DNA from: Octopus vulgaris
Lineage: Eukaryota
Reading direction: 5' to 3'
Length of the DNA: 64,000 nucleotides
NCBI GenBank assembly: GCA_951406725.2
Contig: OX597814.1
Location: 144,646,001-144,710,000, forward strand
Below are positions 27,301 to 41,400 of the stretch, one piece after another. The notes under the pieces are model-generated. The model did not search any database. It was not told the DNA's origin and saw only the letters and a list, made by a program, of their open reading frames with translations. Positions within the stretch are counted from its first letter, which is position 1. Each line of letters opens with the position of its first letter. The translations under genes and the position numbers were made by a program.

Positions 27301-30300
27301 CGGTAGTTATAGAGCCATTGCAGATTTCCGATGCAGTGGATATATAATTGTTAAACAGGACAGCAAACATCTTAAGTTGTAAAAATATTGTATACGACTT
27401 GAGATGATTGCTTTGCCTTAATGATTGCTGACCTGATTAACAATTATATAAATATACACACATATATACAATGGGCTTCTTTCGGTTTCTGTCTATCAAA
27501 TCCACTCACAAGGCTTTAGTTGAAGACACTTACCCAAGGTGCCATGCAGTAGGACTGAATCTGGAACCATGTGGTTGGGAAGCAAGCTTCTTACCACACA
27601 GCCACTTTAACAAATTCTTATATGGACCCCACCAAGGGTCATATGGATCCTGTTCGAGAACCATTGCTCTACATGGTTGCTCAATCTCCTAGAAATAGCA
27701 GCAAAACTATCCTTGAACTTAATATTTTAATAAAAGGACACAGATGTCCTTAAAAGATAGGAAGGTCAAAGTTGGAATACCTTTGATAAAAGTTATGCTC
27801 AACCATGGTTACACAACATTAGAAAACAAAAAGACATATATTATAAACACACACATGTATAAAAGATGTATATATTATATTTACAGACCTGCTTTGTCGA
27901 TTCCATGCTAAATCTAGAACTGCATCAGAATGTCCCAGCACAGAACCTTTCTGGAAATATAAATATAAAAAGGAATCTCTTCATGTAAGAGCTATGATGA
28001 CGTATATTTGAAATGAAGATTGATATATTAGATTTGACTTAATTGCTATTACTTCTAACTGTACACAAATAAATCTAAAATATGGTTGTGAAACATGGCC
28101 TATGAGGGTAGTCAATCAGTGAAGGCTGGAGGTGTTCGACAATGACTGTCTCTGCCGCATTCTTTGCTGCTGACGCATTGATCGGGTTCCTACAGCCAGT
28201 CTTCGTCATCGTCTGAATCTCCGGCCCTTCCCTTCGGTGCTTCTACAACGGCGCTTAAGGTGGTTCGGTTATGCGGCCCAGCATCCAGAGGGTGAGCTGA
28301 TTCGTGATGTGTCCTCCTCCCACCTCCACTTCCCAACTGGTGCAAACGCAAGGGCGGGCAGCTGAAGACCTGAGCAACAATGATAAAGGAGGACCTCTCC
28401 GAACTCTCAGGTCCGCAGGTGGTCAGTCTGCGCAGATGGAACCGCGAATGGCTTGCTACCTCCAGTGACCTCGCACAGGACCGTCGAGCGTGGGCTGCCA
28501 TGGTTCATGATGCCCTTAGGACCAGAGAAGAAGCTGGCTTAACCCATCCTGAGTGAATACCATCACAAGTAAGTAAGTAGTAAGTAAATCTAAAACATAG
28601 ACAAAATTAAGTATGGTTTCTATAGCTGGATCACCTTCCTACAAACTGAGAATACTGGGTGTTCTTGTAATGGTACTAGAGAGATTGCTATGCTTTCTGA
28701 AAGACTAAAGCATCCTCTTAATCCTATGTTGTTTCTACTCAGGTAAAAAAAAATTGCCTGTCTTCTGCAGCTACTTGCTTCTGTTTGCCATAATCATGAG
28801 TTCCCTTTTCCCTTGTTTCATTAACAAAAATAGTCATTAATGCTAAAGATTTCATTTCACTAAGCTCATTAATCTAGTATATTAATTTGCTTTTAAATAT
28901 AGCTACATCTAATGCAGTTACCCTGCCTTCCCTCACCATCCCTACTGTTTCACCTTCATACAAACTCTTTTCTACTTTTCTTCCTAGCACTTGTGCCTTC
29001 TAGAAATTTCACTTGTCTATATATTTCGTATGGGCATTAACCAACAGAAGTTCAAGATGAACAACAACCAAATGAATTTAATGGGAGAGAATTTTGGATG
29101 AAATAACTGTGATTTGCATTATAAAAAAAAAAAGCCAGACATACCTTCTTGCTTTTCTTCTTACTTTGCTTGGTGCCAAGAGTGAAAACTGGCTCAAGAC
29201 TGTCAATCAAGTCAAGATCCCAAATATCAATAGTTGGATTCATGGAACCAAGGGCTACATAATTACCTGACAACAGAAAACATTAAACATGATAAAAACA
29301 CTGTAAACCAAACTGTTTCAATTTCCATGTTTCTCCTATAACTCAGTCTCAGGAAAATAGAAAGCTTGTGTAGACTGTTGCTGTTGTTGCTTAACCTGGA
29401 GTCAACTTTGATTGATCAATCAAAAAGCATTCCATGACTATTATCAATTCTAATATTTATTTTCCTATGTTTATGTGAATCAGATGGAATTTGTTGAGGC
29501 AGATTTTCTATGGCCTGTCACCAACCTTAACAATTAGTGTTACAAAAAGGCTCAATATAGAATGCTGTCTGTAGTTATAATAACATAAGCTGTTTAAGTT
29601 CTTTGTTTCCATAAACATGCCTAAATTATCAATACTTCAGTATCAACATTATGACATATGTATGCATCACACATTGTATTTCTAGTATGGGAGGTATATA
29701 ATGTCTTGAAGTAAGAAAATAGCATATTCCCTGGTCAGTAAACTTCTGTCAAGTTAGGCAGAACAGCTGAAGATTTAGTAGCAACCCCATCAAGCTTAAA
29801 TGGATAAAAGTTCAAAGAGTACAGTCTATCTCTCAATAAACCAAACTGTCTCAGGGACCTGTCTAACACTTTTATAAACTTTACTGCCTCAAGCTTTGAC
29901 ATGTGTTTATCTGATGCCAGTAAACCAAACATTAAGTTTTCTTCAATCTATGAATCTATATCTACACCAGACTATAAATAACCCAGCTTTCACTGCAGAA
30001 TCAGATTAACTTCCAGGAATTCCAAGGTGCATGTAGGCTACACACTAGGGATTAATAGAGAAGATGGAGTGTACCAAGAAGCAATTTATTGTCACAACAA
30101 TTGTTTCATCTTCAAAATGCACTGGTCTTTAGTGGGTGTGGAATGATGCAATGCACAGTGCAGAGAAGACTCTTCAGGTGTATAATATGCTTTTAAGTGT
30201 AGAGATTTACACATCAGTTTCGCTGTACTGAGAGATTCTGTCAGTTCAGGTGGATGAGTATTTCTTTTTTTAAAACATCTACCTGAACTGACAGCATCTC

Positions 30301-33300
30301 TCAATACAATGAAACTGAAATGTAAATCTCTGTGTAAATCTTATACACCTGAAGAGTCTTCTTTGCACTGTACATTGCATCATTCCACGCCCACTAAGGA
30401 GCAGTGCATCAGGAAGACCAAACAATTGATGTGACAATAAATTGCTTTCTGGTACACTTTGTCTTCTCTATTAATCTTTAATATATATATATACATACTG
30501 TATTTTAATGTGTGTGTGCATGTATATATATATATATATGTATAGTACAAAGTAAGATAGGGGTTATGGGTGTAATTTATATTATGACTTTTATAATTTG
30601 TATTCTTATCTTATATCTTATATGTATTGAATTATAAGATATATATGTATGCTATTGATGTTCTCATTTTGTTAAATGAATAAATAATCCAACATTATAA
30701 TATCCGAAAGTTGATGAACGAACTAAATTTGTTTCTCCATTTTCTTATTTGTATTATATATACACACACATTGTATTTTAACACGTATAAGGAACTTCCT
30801 AATGTTTTGGGCTTGCAATTTGGAAAAACGGTTTTGTAAGGGATTATAATACTATCTATGTATAAGAAACTTCTGTATTTTTTTAGCCTAATTTTTGACA
30901 AAAAAGGGTTCCTTATACATGTTAAAATACAGTATATAAATAAATGGAAGCTACAAAATAAATACACAAAAAGACACATGTAGTACAGTACATTAAGAGA
31001 AACACCATACTAACCTGTTTCTTCAGTAGGATCATAATCCAGCCATTCTACGGCCAGGGGGAAAGAAGGCAGTATGATATCATGATGGACAAATAAATTA
31101 CTGTCTGGTTCATCATAGACTGGAAAGAAATAAAGCAAGGAATTTATATAAGACTAGCAGTATCGCCCGGCGTTGCTCGGGTTTGTAAGGGAAATAACTA
31201 TATAAGCATTTTTAGAGATGTAAAGTATAATAGCCATCTCAATATGGCTAACTACAAAGGGGGGGGGGGGGTGTTACTGTAGCTTTTTACGTTTTGAGAT
31301 TTAATAATACATTTTAAGAGAGTTACTTCCCTTATATATGCCAAAAATGCATTAAAAATAGGAAAAAATGATGGTAAATTTTTTTTAAATCGTAGACTCA
31401 TGCTAATACCCAGAAGGGCTCGATATGAATCACGACTATAAGATACCCGCTTTTGGTTAACCTGCACCGCAAAATGTGGGAGTAGTTAGGAATCTAAATC
31501 GTAGGAGACAGACACCACACAACCTCACTTTTATATATATAGATGAATCATAATTACCACACTCACACACATGAACATCATCATAATGTGTTTTCCATGT
31601 TGGCATGGGCTGGACAGTTTGACCAGAGATGGCAAGGCCAAGAGCTGCATCAGGCTCCATTGTCTGTTCAGACATGGTTTCTATGGCTGGATGCCCTTCC
31701 TAACACCAACCATCCCACAGAGTGTACTGAGTGCTTTTGATGTGGCACCAGCACAATATATATACATACACACATTCACCCAGCTGGCTAGTATGGTCCA
31801 CAATTGTAAATTTATCTAACATGGTTAGGAACAATTTTTCATTCTGACAAAATCTCTCAATGGTATTGTTTCATATTTATGCACTACAGCATCATATTGA
31901 TACACACAAACCAATTCACCATCATGCTCTCCATAAGGAGATATATTTAATTTTTGTCTATGAATTCTTGTATATTAGGTAAAAAAAAGAAGTTAAAAAC
32001 CATATATATATAAACATAAGTGATGTGCTCCTTACAGTTTCTATCTACCAAACATTCAAGGTATTGGTGGCCATCACCTTAGGGTTAAAGTAGAAGACAC
32101 TCAAAACCACACAGCCACGCCTGGACATATATATATATATGTATATATTTGCTGTTTTTCCTGTGATTACTCTCACCAGCTCTTGAATAATGTGAGAAGC
32201 CATGCACCCTCTCTACAGTAAGAAACTTATTCTGCAGCCTTCTTTCATATTAACCTCTTATCGTATAACATAAAGCCACCTCCCTCTTCACTATAGTTCC
32301 ACTCCATTGAGAGGAATCTTAGTCTTGTGAGTTACATAGTGACCTCATTAGGGTTAGGACCATAAAAAAGAGCACCCAGTCATGGAAACTAGGCCGAAGC
32401 AGACATTGGAGCACAAGAGAGTCCTTGATCCTGTCAAATGCCCAATCCATACCATTTGGAAGACAGATATGAAATGATGATCAACATCATTTAACGTTCG
32501 TTTTCGATGCTAGCATGGGTGGGATCGTTTGATCAGAGCTGGCAAGCTGTACCAGGTTCCAGTCTGATTTGGCTTGGTTTCCATAGCTTGATGCCCTTCC
32601 TAATGCCAATCACCTCAGAGAGTGTGCTGGGCATTTTTTATATAGCACTGGATACACACACACAAATAGTTAGGCTTTCCAGAAAGTGTTGAGCAGCATT
32701 ATTAAGCAGATTAAAAAATAGTATCAAATCTAATTACCATAAACTTCTAGTAAGCTGGCATCTTTTATTGTTCGTGCAACAGCGATAAGGTTGTCTGATG
32801 GCTTTATCATCACATTTTCGTCATCACTGTCAGGCTTAAAAAGAAAAATGCAGAACAAATCAATTCATACTCTTTCCTTCAAGAGTATATGGATTACAAA
32901 TGAAGTTTTTACTGTGTAACAATTGCCCTTAACATTTACATGGGTTCAGGAACAACCAACATGATAAGACATATATATATATATATATATATAGAATAAC
33001 AGGCATGTGCTGACAGTAAGCAGTTAGTGACCTTTATACAGAGACATAAACTCAGATCACTGGATTCAGAATCCAGAGTGCTAACCATTCGGCATAAAGC
33101 TGTAAATCTTTACACAACCCAACCCAGGAAGAAACCTTTGTGTGATTGGGGAGAAGAAAGCTTCAGAGGATTGGAAATGAAAGCTGCATATACTGTAGAA
33201 AGAATGTTTCACATGAACAAAAAAAGGGAACTTTATAACACATCATGGAACAATTAAAAAACACTTGCAACAACAATTAGTGTTACGAAAAGGCTCAATA

Positions 33301-36300
33301 TAGAATGCTGTCTGTAGTTATAATAACATAAGCTGTTTAAGTTCTTTGTTTCCATAAACATGCCTAAATTATCAATACTTCAGTATCAACATTGTGACAT
33401 ATGTATGCATCACACATTGTATTTCTAGTATGGGAGGTATATAATGTCTTGAAGTAAGAAAATAGCATATTCCCTGGTCAGTAAACTTCTGTCAAGTTAG
33501 GCAGAACAGCTGAAGATTTAGTAGCAACCCCATCAAGCTTAAATGGATAAAAGTTCAAAGAGTACATAAATATCTGCTCTCCAACTAAGAACCAATTTAA
33601 TAAGACATAAACATGTCCAGAGTATTGGATTATATAACATGTAATTAAATTTTTCTCCAAGATTATATTCCAGGTTTCCTAACCAACAAAGATTGCTGGT
33701 TTACTGAGGTATAACAGCTTTAACACATTCAACAACCACAAGAAATGTTAAGCCAGGATGGGAGGCTCTGTGGTATTAGAGAGTGGCTTGACATGCGAGA
33801 AACAGCAGCCAAACATCTTTCACATTATATTGTACTGCTTTTTTTAAAAAAATGTAGATCCTGATATACAAAAGGTTGGTTGAAGTTGGAATGTCTTTGT
33901 TGTGTCGACATCCCCAGATGATGAAGTAGGCTAGCCCAATACGTAGATACAGAGGGAGAAGTCTAAACATCAAGGAGTTGAGTAGAGATCATCTGAACGT
34001 GCGGTATAACAGTGGATCTCATCCTCGTCGCCACTGTTATATTGCACATTCGGATGACCTCTACTTAACTCCTCGATGTCTAGACTTCTCCCTCTATATC
34101 TATGTATTGGGCTAGCCTACTTCATCATCTGGGGGCATCGACACAACAGTCTTAAACTACAGTTCCCTTGAGCAAGGCCAAATCAGGACTATACAAACAC
34201 AATAAGAAATGCAACTCCATTTAATTAATGTAAAATTGAAATAACAGTCATAAAGCATCAACATCACTTTATCTCTCTTCTGCATTCTCAGACAAAGAAT
34301 GAGGGCCCAGAATGGTAGATTCTTCACTCCTTGCAGAAATTGAACTCCTCTATGAAATAATTGTTTCTAATTTAGACCATCATCATCTTCCTTCGAAAAC
34401 ACATTTTTTTTTACTTATTCCATCAAGCCAAGTGAAATTGTAGTCATGACAGATACTGGTGTCATACAACTGGAACATAAAAGCATCCATTACACTCTCG
34501 GAGTGGTTGGCATTAGGAAGGGCATCCAACCGTGGAAACCATACCTAATCAGACTGGGGTTTGGTACAGTGCCTCAGCTTACTAGCCCTGGTCAAACCAT
34601 CCAACCCATGCCATCAAGGACAACAGATGTTAAATGACGATGATGATAATGATGTAAATTTGTTGAACATGAAAACTAACCTCATCATGATCATTGATGT
34701 AAGGATCTTCCTTATTGTCAGCGAAATACACCAGATTACCAATACCACTGTGGAAATTGAACTCTATCAGAAAAAGATACGAAAAATGGCAAGAATTGAA
34801 AAAAAATAACATTAAAAAAATTTAATTTGAAAAGTAAATAACAAAACAAAAAAAAATGATGACTAAAATGTTTGAAGCAAAGACTGTGTTTCAGGAAACA
34901 ACAAGAAAATGTCGATCACAGTGGAGTTAGCATAAGGGACCCATGACAAGGTTACTCAACTTGGTAGATAAAAACAGTAGCTAAATCTCCCTCAAATCAA
35001 TATGCTTATATATTAAATAAAGAAATGATATATTTGGTAATGTCATGATAAAAAAACCCCAGAAAACCCAAAACCTAGGATGGTTGTATGGTTAAGAAGT
35101 TCATTACTTAACCACATGTTTTAAGGTTCTGTCCAACTGCATGGCAAGCAACTGACTTCTGCAGGAGCATCAGGATGACCAAAGCCATGTGAGTGGATTT
35201 GGTAGATGGAAAATGAAAGAAGCCAATTGTATGTGTTTGTGCTTTCTAAATTTGACAGATGTATGCAAGTATTACAAACAATATCCTTTATTATATGTCC
35301 AATCAAGCAGAAATACCATTTTGCTTGAAAACAAGTTAAGGTTGGTGACAGGCCATAGAAAATCTGCCTCAACAAATTCCATCTGATTCACATAAACATA
35401 GGAAAATAAATATTAGAATTGATGATAGTCATGGAAAGTTGACTTCAGGTTAAGCAACAACAGCAACAGTCTACACAAGCTTTCTATTTTCCTTTTAACA
35501 TCTTACTATTGTTGAGTTTCCAATAAAAGTTCTATCTATAAGTACTATATTGAGGATAAATTAACGAGCCAGAGGCTATTCTTTCTCACTCTTTTTTCTC
35601 AATTTTTTTTTTGTTTTTACAATTTTGTCAAAGGAGGGTCTGCAACACTTATAATTTATATAGGTTGCTGTGTTAGTTCTGAGTAGTCCTATGAACAAAA
35701 GTAATCCAGACATGAAAATCCCATATTTTTGTATACCAGGGACTTACATTATCTAATGTGCTTTTCCTTTCGTACAATGAAAGGGTATGATGTGATAGAG
35801 ATTTAGCTACTATTTCTACCAAGTCGAGTGACTGTGTGGAACAGTGGTTCTTAATCTTTTTGATTCCATGGCAGACTGAAGTGAAACATTATAGATGCAT
35901 TTCAAAACGAAAGTTAAAAAACTGTTTTAATCCTCACTGCACTGATTAAATTTTTGTGTACTATGTTATACGAAATGTGGAGAATTCCAGGTAGTACCCC
36001 ACTATCAAAAATGAGCTAACTCTGTTCCTGCATTTCAAGCGCACATGCAAAGAACTAAGTGTACTTGGTTCTCGTGCAGCAAGGGTCAAGGTAACTCTTT
36101 AGCATTTACACTGGGCATAGCTGGCCCTAATATTCAACCTGTTTCATGTTCAGGCTAGCAAGATTTGGCCTCTTACACCTATCCTACAATGCCACTTGAA
36201 AAATAAACAACCAAATATCATAGAAATTTTGAAGCTACAAGATAATGCATTGATTAATTCAAAATAATGTGAATAAAAAATCATTATATTTGACAATGAA

Positions 36301-38424
36301 ATCTGAATGTGAAAGGGTTTAAAAATTCAGAAAAAAACCCCCAAAAAGCAACTATTGCTTATCTTGTTAGTATGATGGGTAAAATGCTTAGAGGCATTTT
36401 ATCCACCTTTACATTGAGTTTGAATTCCACGAAGGGCGACTTTGTCTTCCATCCTTTTCGGGTTAATAAAATAAATACCGATTGAGCACTGAAGTTGATG
36501 TAATCAACTTAGGCCCTTCCCTGAAACTGTTGGTCTTGTGCCAAAATTTGAAGCCAATATTAATCATGAATAACAAATTCCTTAAGACTGTCATTAGTAT
36601 GGATTTTGCAAAATCCTTAAAAGAAAAGTCATGAATAATCTAGTTCTCTGACCTTCATCATCGTAATCTTCCAGTCCATATTTCTCAACAATGTCGTCAT
36701 CGTCATCATCTACAAGATCCTCTTCATGTTTCCTTTTGCCCGGAACAGAGGTTTGTTTCTCCTGCGAAAGTCCTGAGGAACTTGGCTTTGGTTCCTCTTC
36801 CCCTTCTGCTTTCTCTTCTTTGTCTTTTTTCTCCTCCTCCTCATCACTAGTGTCGCTATCTATGTCGTCATTTCCTTCAATCTCAAGGCCATCAATTTCT
36901 CTACAAGAAAATTTTGTTTCAATTATTTAAGGAACCAACTCTCATCAAACAAATCTATAACCCAAGACATCCCACCTGTGATCACCACATCTTTTTTCGA
37001 GTATCTAGAACAACATTAACTAATGTATTCTAACATTTTTCAATCAAAAAATGACAGAAAATTATTTGAAAGGGGTGGTCATGTCACTAAAATACATATA
37101 TATTTTATAAAGTTTGAAATATCAATTACGTTTTCTGTGTTTATTATTACTATGTTTTATTGTTTACTTGTTTCAGTCATTAGACTGCGGCCATGCTGGG
37201 GCACCGCCTTGAAACTCTAGCCTGATTTGGCATGGTTTCTACGATTGGATTCTCTTCCTAACGCCAACCATTTTACAGAGTGTGCTGGGTGCTTTTAGGT
37301 GGTGCCACATGAGTGCCTCAATGTAGCACTGCATGGGTACTTTTACGTGGCACTGCAGAGACATATTTATGTGACACCACATGGGTGCTTTTACATGTCA
37401 TAGTTGGAAAAACAAACAAATATATATAACTAATCAAGTTATTATTTTACAAAAACAAAACACAACTTACTCTCTTGTTTCTCTAATAATTCTTCGTAGT
37501 TCCTCTTTTTCAAGCTCAACCTAAGAAAAGAAAACAGAAGTGAATTTCAGAAACACTATAAGAATAATTGATAAATATATATTTCTTCAAGTACTAGCAT
37601 AATTAATAAATCCAGCAAATTTCCAAACCTCTTGTGATCAGACACATTTGCCAACAGGTGATTAGGGGTTTTCATTTTAACCCTTGCTACGATATTCTTG
37701 TTAACCCTTTAGTGTTCACATTATTCTGCCAAAACTGATTTTTCATCTACATTGTTTTGAACTAATCATGCATTAACTTGTAGCTATGAGATTTTGATGA
37801 GGTAGCTATTAATTTTTAAGATGATATTGTAGGGTTGGTGAGAGAGATCAGATCTGGCCAGTTTGAACATAAAACAAGCAGAATACTTTTGGCCGGATAT
37901 GGCCGGTTTAAATGCTAAAGGGTTAAAATGCACTGTTTTTGTTTCAATTAATTTTGAAGATGCCATTATATGTGCAGGCATGGCTGTATGGTAAAAAACT
38001 TGCTTCTCAACCACATGGTTTTATGTTCTTCTACAACAGCCCCAGCTGACACTAAAGCTTTGTGAGTGGATTTGATAGATGGAAAATGAAAGAAGCCTGT
38101 CATATGTATATGTGGTTTTGTGTATGCATGTCTGAACCACTTGACAACTGATGTTGGTTTATGTACATTGAACTGCAAAAGAAACATGATTTTTTCAAAT
38201 GTTATTTTTATATCTCTTTTACTTGTTTCAGTCATTTGACTGTGGCCATGCTGGAGCACTGCCTTTTAGTCGAGCAAATCGACCCCAGGACTTATTCTTT
38301 GTAAGCCCAGTACTTACACTATCGGTCTCTTTCGCTGAACCGCTAAGTTACGGGGATGTAAACACACCAGCATTGGTTGTCAAGCGATGGTGGTGGTGGT
38401 GGTGGTGGGAAACACAGACACACA

Positions 38425-38464
<40 letters not shown>

Positions 38465-41400
38465 ATGGGCTTCTTTGAGTTTCCATCTACCAAATACACT
38501 CACAAGGCTTTGGTCGGCCTGAGGCTATAGTAGAAGACACTTGCCCAAGGAGTCAAACAGTGGGACTGAACCTGGAACCATGTGGTTAGTAAGCAAGCTA
38601 CTTACCACACAGCCACTCCTACGGAAAATTCTGAAAATTTATTTCATGGATGTAAGTGTAAATATTCCAAGACATGCTGGTTTATGGCTGAAACCAAAAT
38701 TGCAGATAACCTTTCAGCTTACCTTGAAACAAGATGCCAAAATGCAGCTGCGTTGAATGCCATGGGTGGCAGTTGCAAACAACTGTCGTGGAAACCGAAA
38801 TGTATGTGCATCACATGGAGGTTATGGGTATAAAAATCAACTTGAACCGTGTTCCTGGCATTCGTAATTTGAACGGATCAGGTATGACCTGATTGATAGC
38901 AGCACAGAAAAGAAGCTATCGGCTGATTGCAAGCAGGGCAGCATGCCCTGGTTGTTGCGAAAGCTTACAATGTCCATGTCAGCACCATCTATTGCCTGCA
39001 ACAGCGATACAACACCACCAATAGTACCGCTGACAGTACCCACAGAGGGTGCTCTTCCCAGGTGCCCATGCCCAGGCAGGACCTCTTCATCTACCTGCAA
39101 CACCTCTGTGATCGCTCAGACTGGCCAGTGTGACAGCTCATGAGACCATTGTCACTGGACAGCGACCCATCAGTGATGACACGGTATGACACTGACTGGC
39201 CACCGCTCTCAGCCCAGATTTGAACCCAATTGTACACCTGTGGAATGATATCCAAAGACGGCTGAACCGGGTGGTCCCAAGGGTGACAACTCGCATAGAA
39301 CTGGAGGCAGATTTCCTCAGGGTGTCAATGGCTTTTGTGAATCACCTCACGCACTCCTTCTACCATGTATGGCCGTTTTGAAACATCAGGGGAGGGTATA
39401 CATGGTATCAAACATGTCATGCCCTACATTCTCGATGTGTTGGATCCGCTCACTACCAGAACACATAACAACGACCCATAGACTGTGGTCAAAGTGCAAC
39501 CAAGAAATTGACTTTATCAGATTTATCAAAATTTATCTTTGACATAATGAAATTAAAACATATTTCACTGTCACATATGTCTCGTGTTTCTTTTGCAGTT
39601 CAGTGTATGTCCCCATAAACTACCGGTTCATCAAGAGACTGATAGAATAAGTACCAGACTTTAAATACTGGGGTTGATTTGTTCAACTAAAAACCCTTCA
39701 AAGCAATGCCTCAGCATGGCCACAGTGCAATAACTGAAATGAATGAAATGTAAAAGAAGCTGATGTTAGGAACATAAAGTAATGTGAAAATCTGAAGGAT
39801 GGTCTTCATTTACAACATTAACTTTAAAACAGTAAGTTGATGTCATAGAACCAGGAACAGTTTCAGGCAGGTTTGTGTGAAAAGGGTTAAAAAGCAAATG
39901 GCCATTCAGTATACAAAGTATTTTAGCTGAACTGGAAAGAGTAGGCATCTGATTTTGACCATTAGTGACCAGAGATTCAGTGGTGTAGCTAATAGGGGTG
40001 CGACTGCTTTCCCCGGGCGCATTTTTCAAACTTGGCACCTTTTATAAACTGTATAATTAATGAGTTAAAAAGTGTTTGATATATGTCACAGTGCCCTTTT
40101 TTTATGTGCTCACTTTAGAACCTGGTTATGTCCCTGTAGAGGATCCCAAAATTTGTTTCATGGCATCCACTGTACCATTATTACACCATTTTCACCCTAC
40201 CCTTTTTATCCCCACCAAATTCCATGGTACCCAATCTCTATCACCAAAGTAGTGAATGTAAGACAGTTTTTATGTTTATGAATAATTGATATTTATTATC
40301 ACAAAATAAATTTCATAATTTTACAGCAGTGGAGTCATGATAAATTCAAAGAAAAAGACTGGAGTGAGAGAATCACATCTGTGATGTAGACAGCTGAAAA
40401 TATGATCTTGAACCTAACTGATCTTTGTATATAAGGTGTCTACTTGTTGGAATTGTCTTTGAATTTTGTTGACCATTTATATAACATCATAAACAGCTTA
40501 CAGTATCCCATTCAAGGTATTGGTCACAAGAACCTCACAGTAAATGAATGAAGCAGTGAGTTTTAACTGTATGTGTGATCATGCTCCTTGCGAATGTTAC
40601 AAAATGCTTAAGAACACAAATCATACTTGGAGTACCATCAGTGTTTCTTTTCAAGACAGTTACCCAAAGATATTTCACGGGGTGTGAAGTGCAAGTTTAC
40701 AGTTTAAAATCTTTACTGAGGGCAGTTTTTTTCAGGACCTAATGCAATGTGTTAGATCTTGCTCAAACCTAACGCATTCCAGTTATTAACATTCCCAATT
40801 GTGTTCATCATTTTAAAATAAGATTCGGATCTTTTCAATTCTGAAGCCAGTTTTTTCAAATTTTTCCTACTGAACCAAACAATTTGAAACTTCGTATACT
40901 GGTAGAATGTGTCAAAAGTAAACTTCATTGTATGACTACCATATCATATTGCTTGTCATAGACAATGTTCGATGTGTTGTACTTCCTTAGTTAAGACGGT
41001 AAGGTATGGTTTCTAACATGGTCGTTCAACCATTTAAGCCCCCTTATTGGCCCAAGCTGATGCAGCTATCTTTCAAATTATCGCCGTGAATACAGAATGA
41101 AATACAAAGTGAAACTAGAATAACAAACTACAATTCAAACACAAATGATATTAAAATCTTAAGAAACAATGCTTCAAATATGTATGACTAATAATATTTA
41201 AGTATAAAACATATAATTAACAAGGATAGTATGGTTCGATTCAATATAGTAGTTACTTCTTCAGATTGCTTATATATATATATAAAACGACAGGAAATCC
41301 TGTAACCCCCCCAAAATCTGGTGGAGTCACAACTACACTGGACCAAATAATACCACCCTTGTTAATATATCTATATTTTTCATACTTAAAAAAACAATGT

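Noticed and set aside
29529-29823. Duplicated intronic snoRNA in a ribosome-biogenesis host gene
   Set aside because: No canonical RUGAUGA/CUGA pair with terminal stem and no H/ACA layout seen. Identity extends uniformly over 295 bp, as expected for a recent DNA duplication.
33915-33950. Hammerhead in the 33.9-kb palindrome (GATGATGAAG..AATACGTA)
   Set aside because: Lacks the CUGA and GAAA boxes and the stem I pairing.
36691-36930. Ser-rich ORF on +
   Set aside because: Antisense shadow of the acidic PWP1 exon 3.
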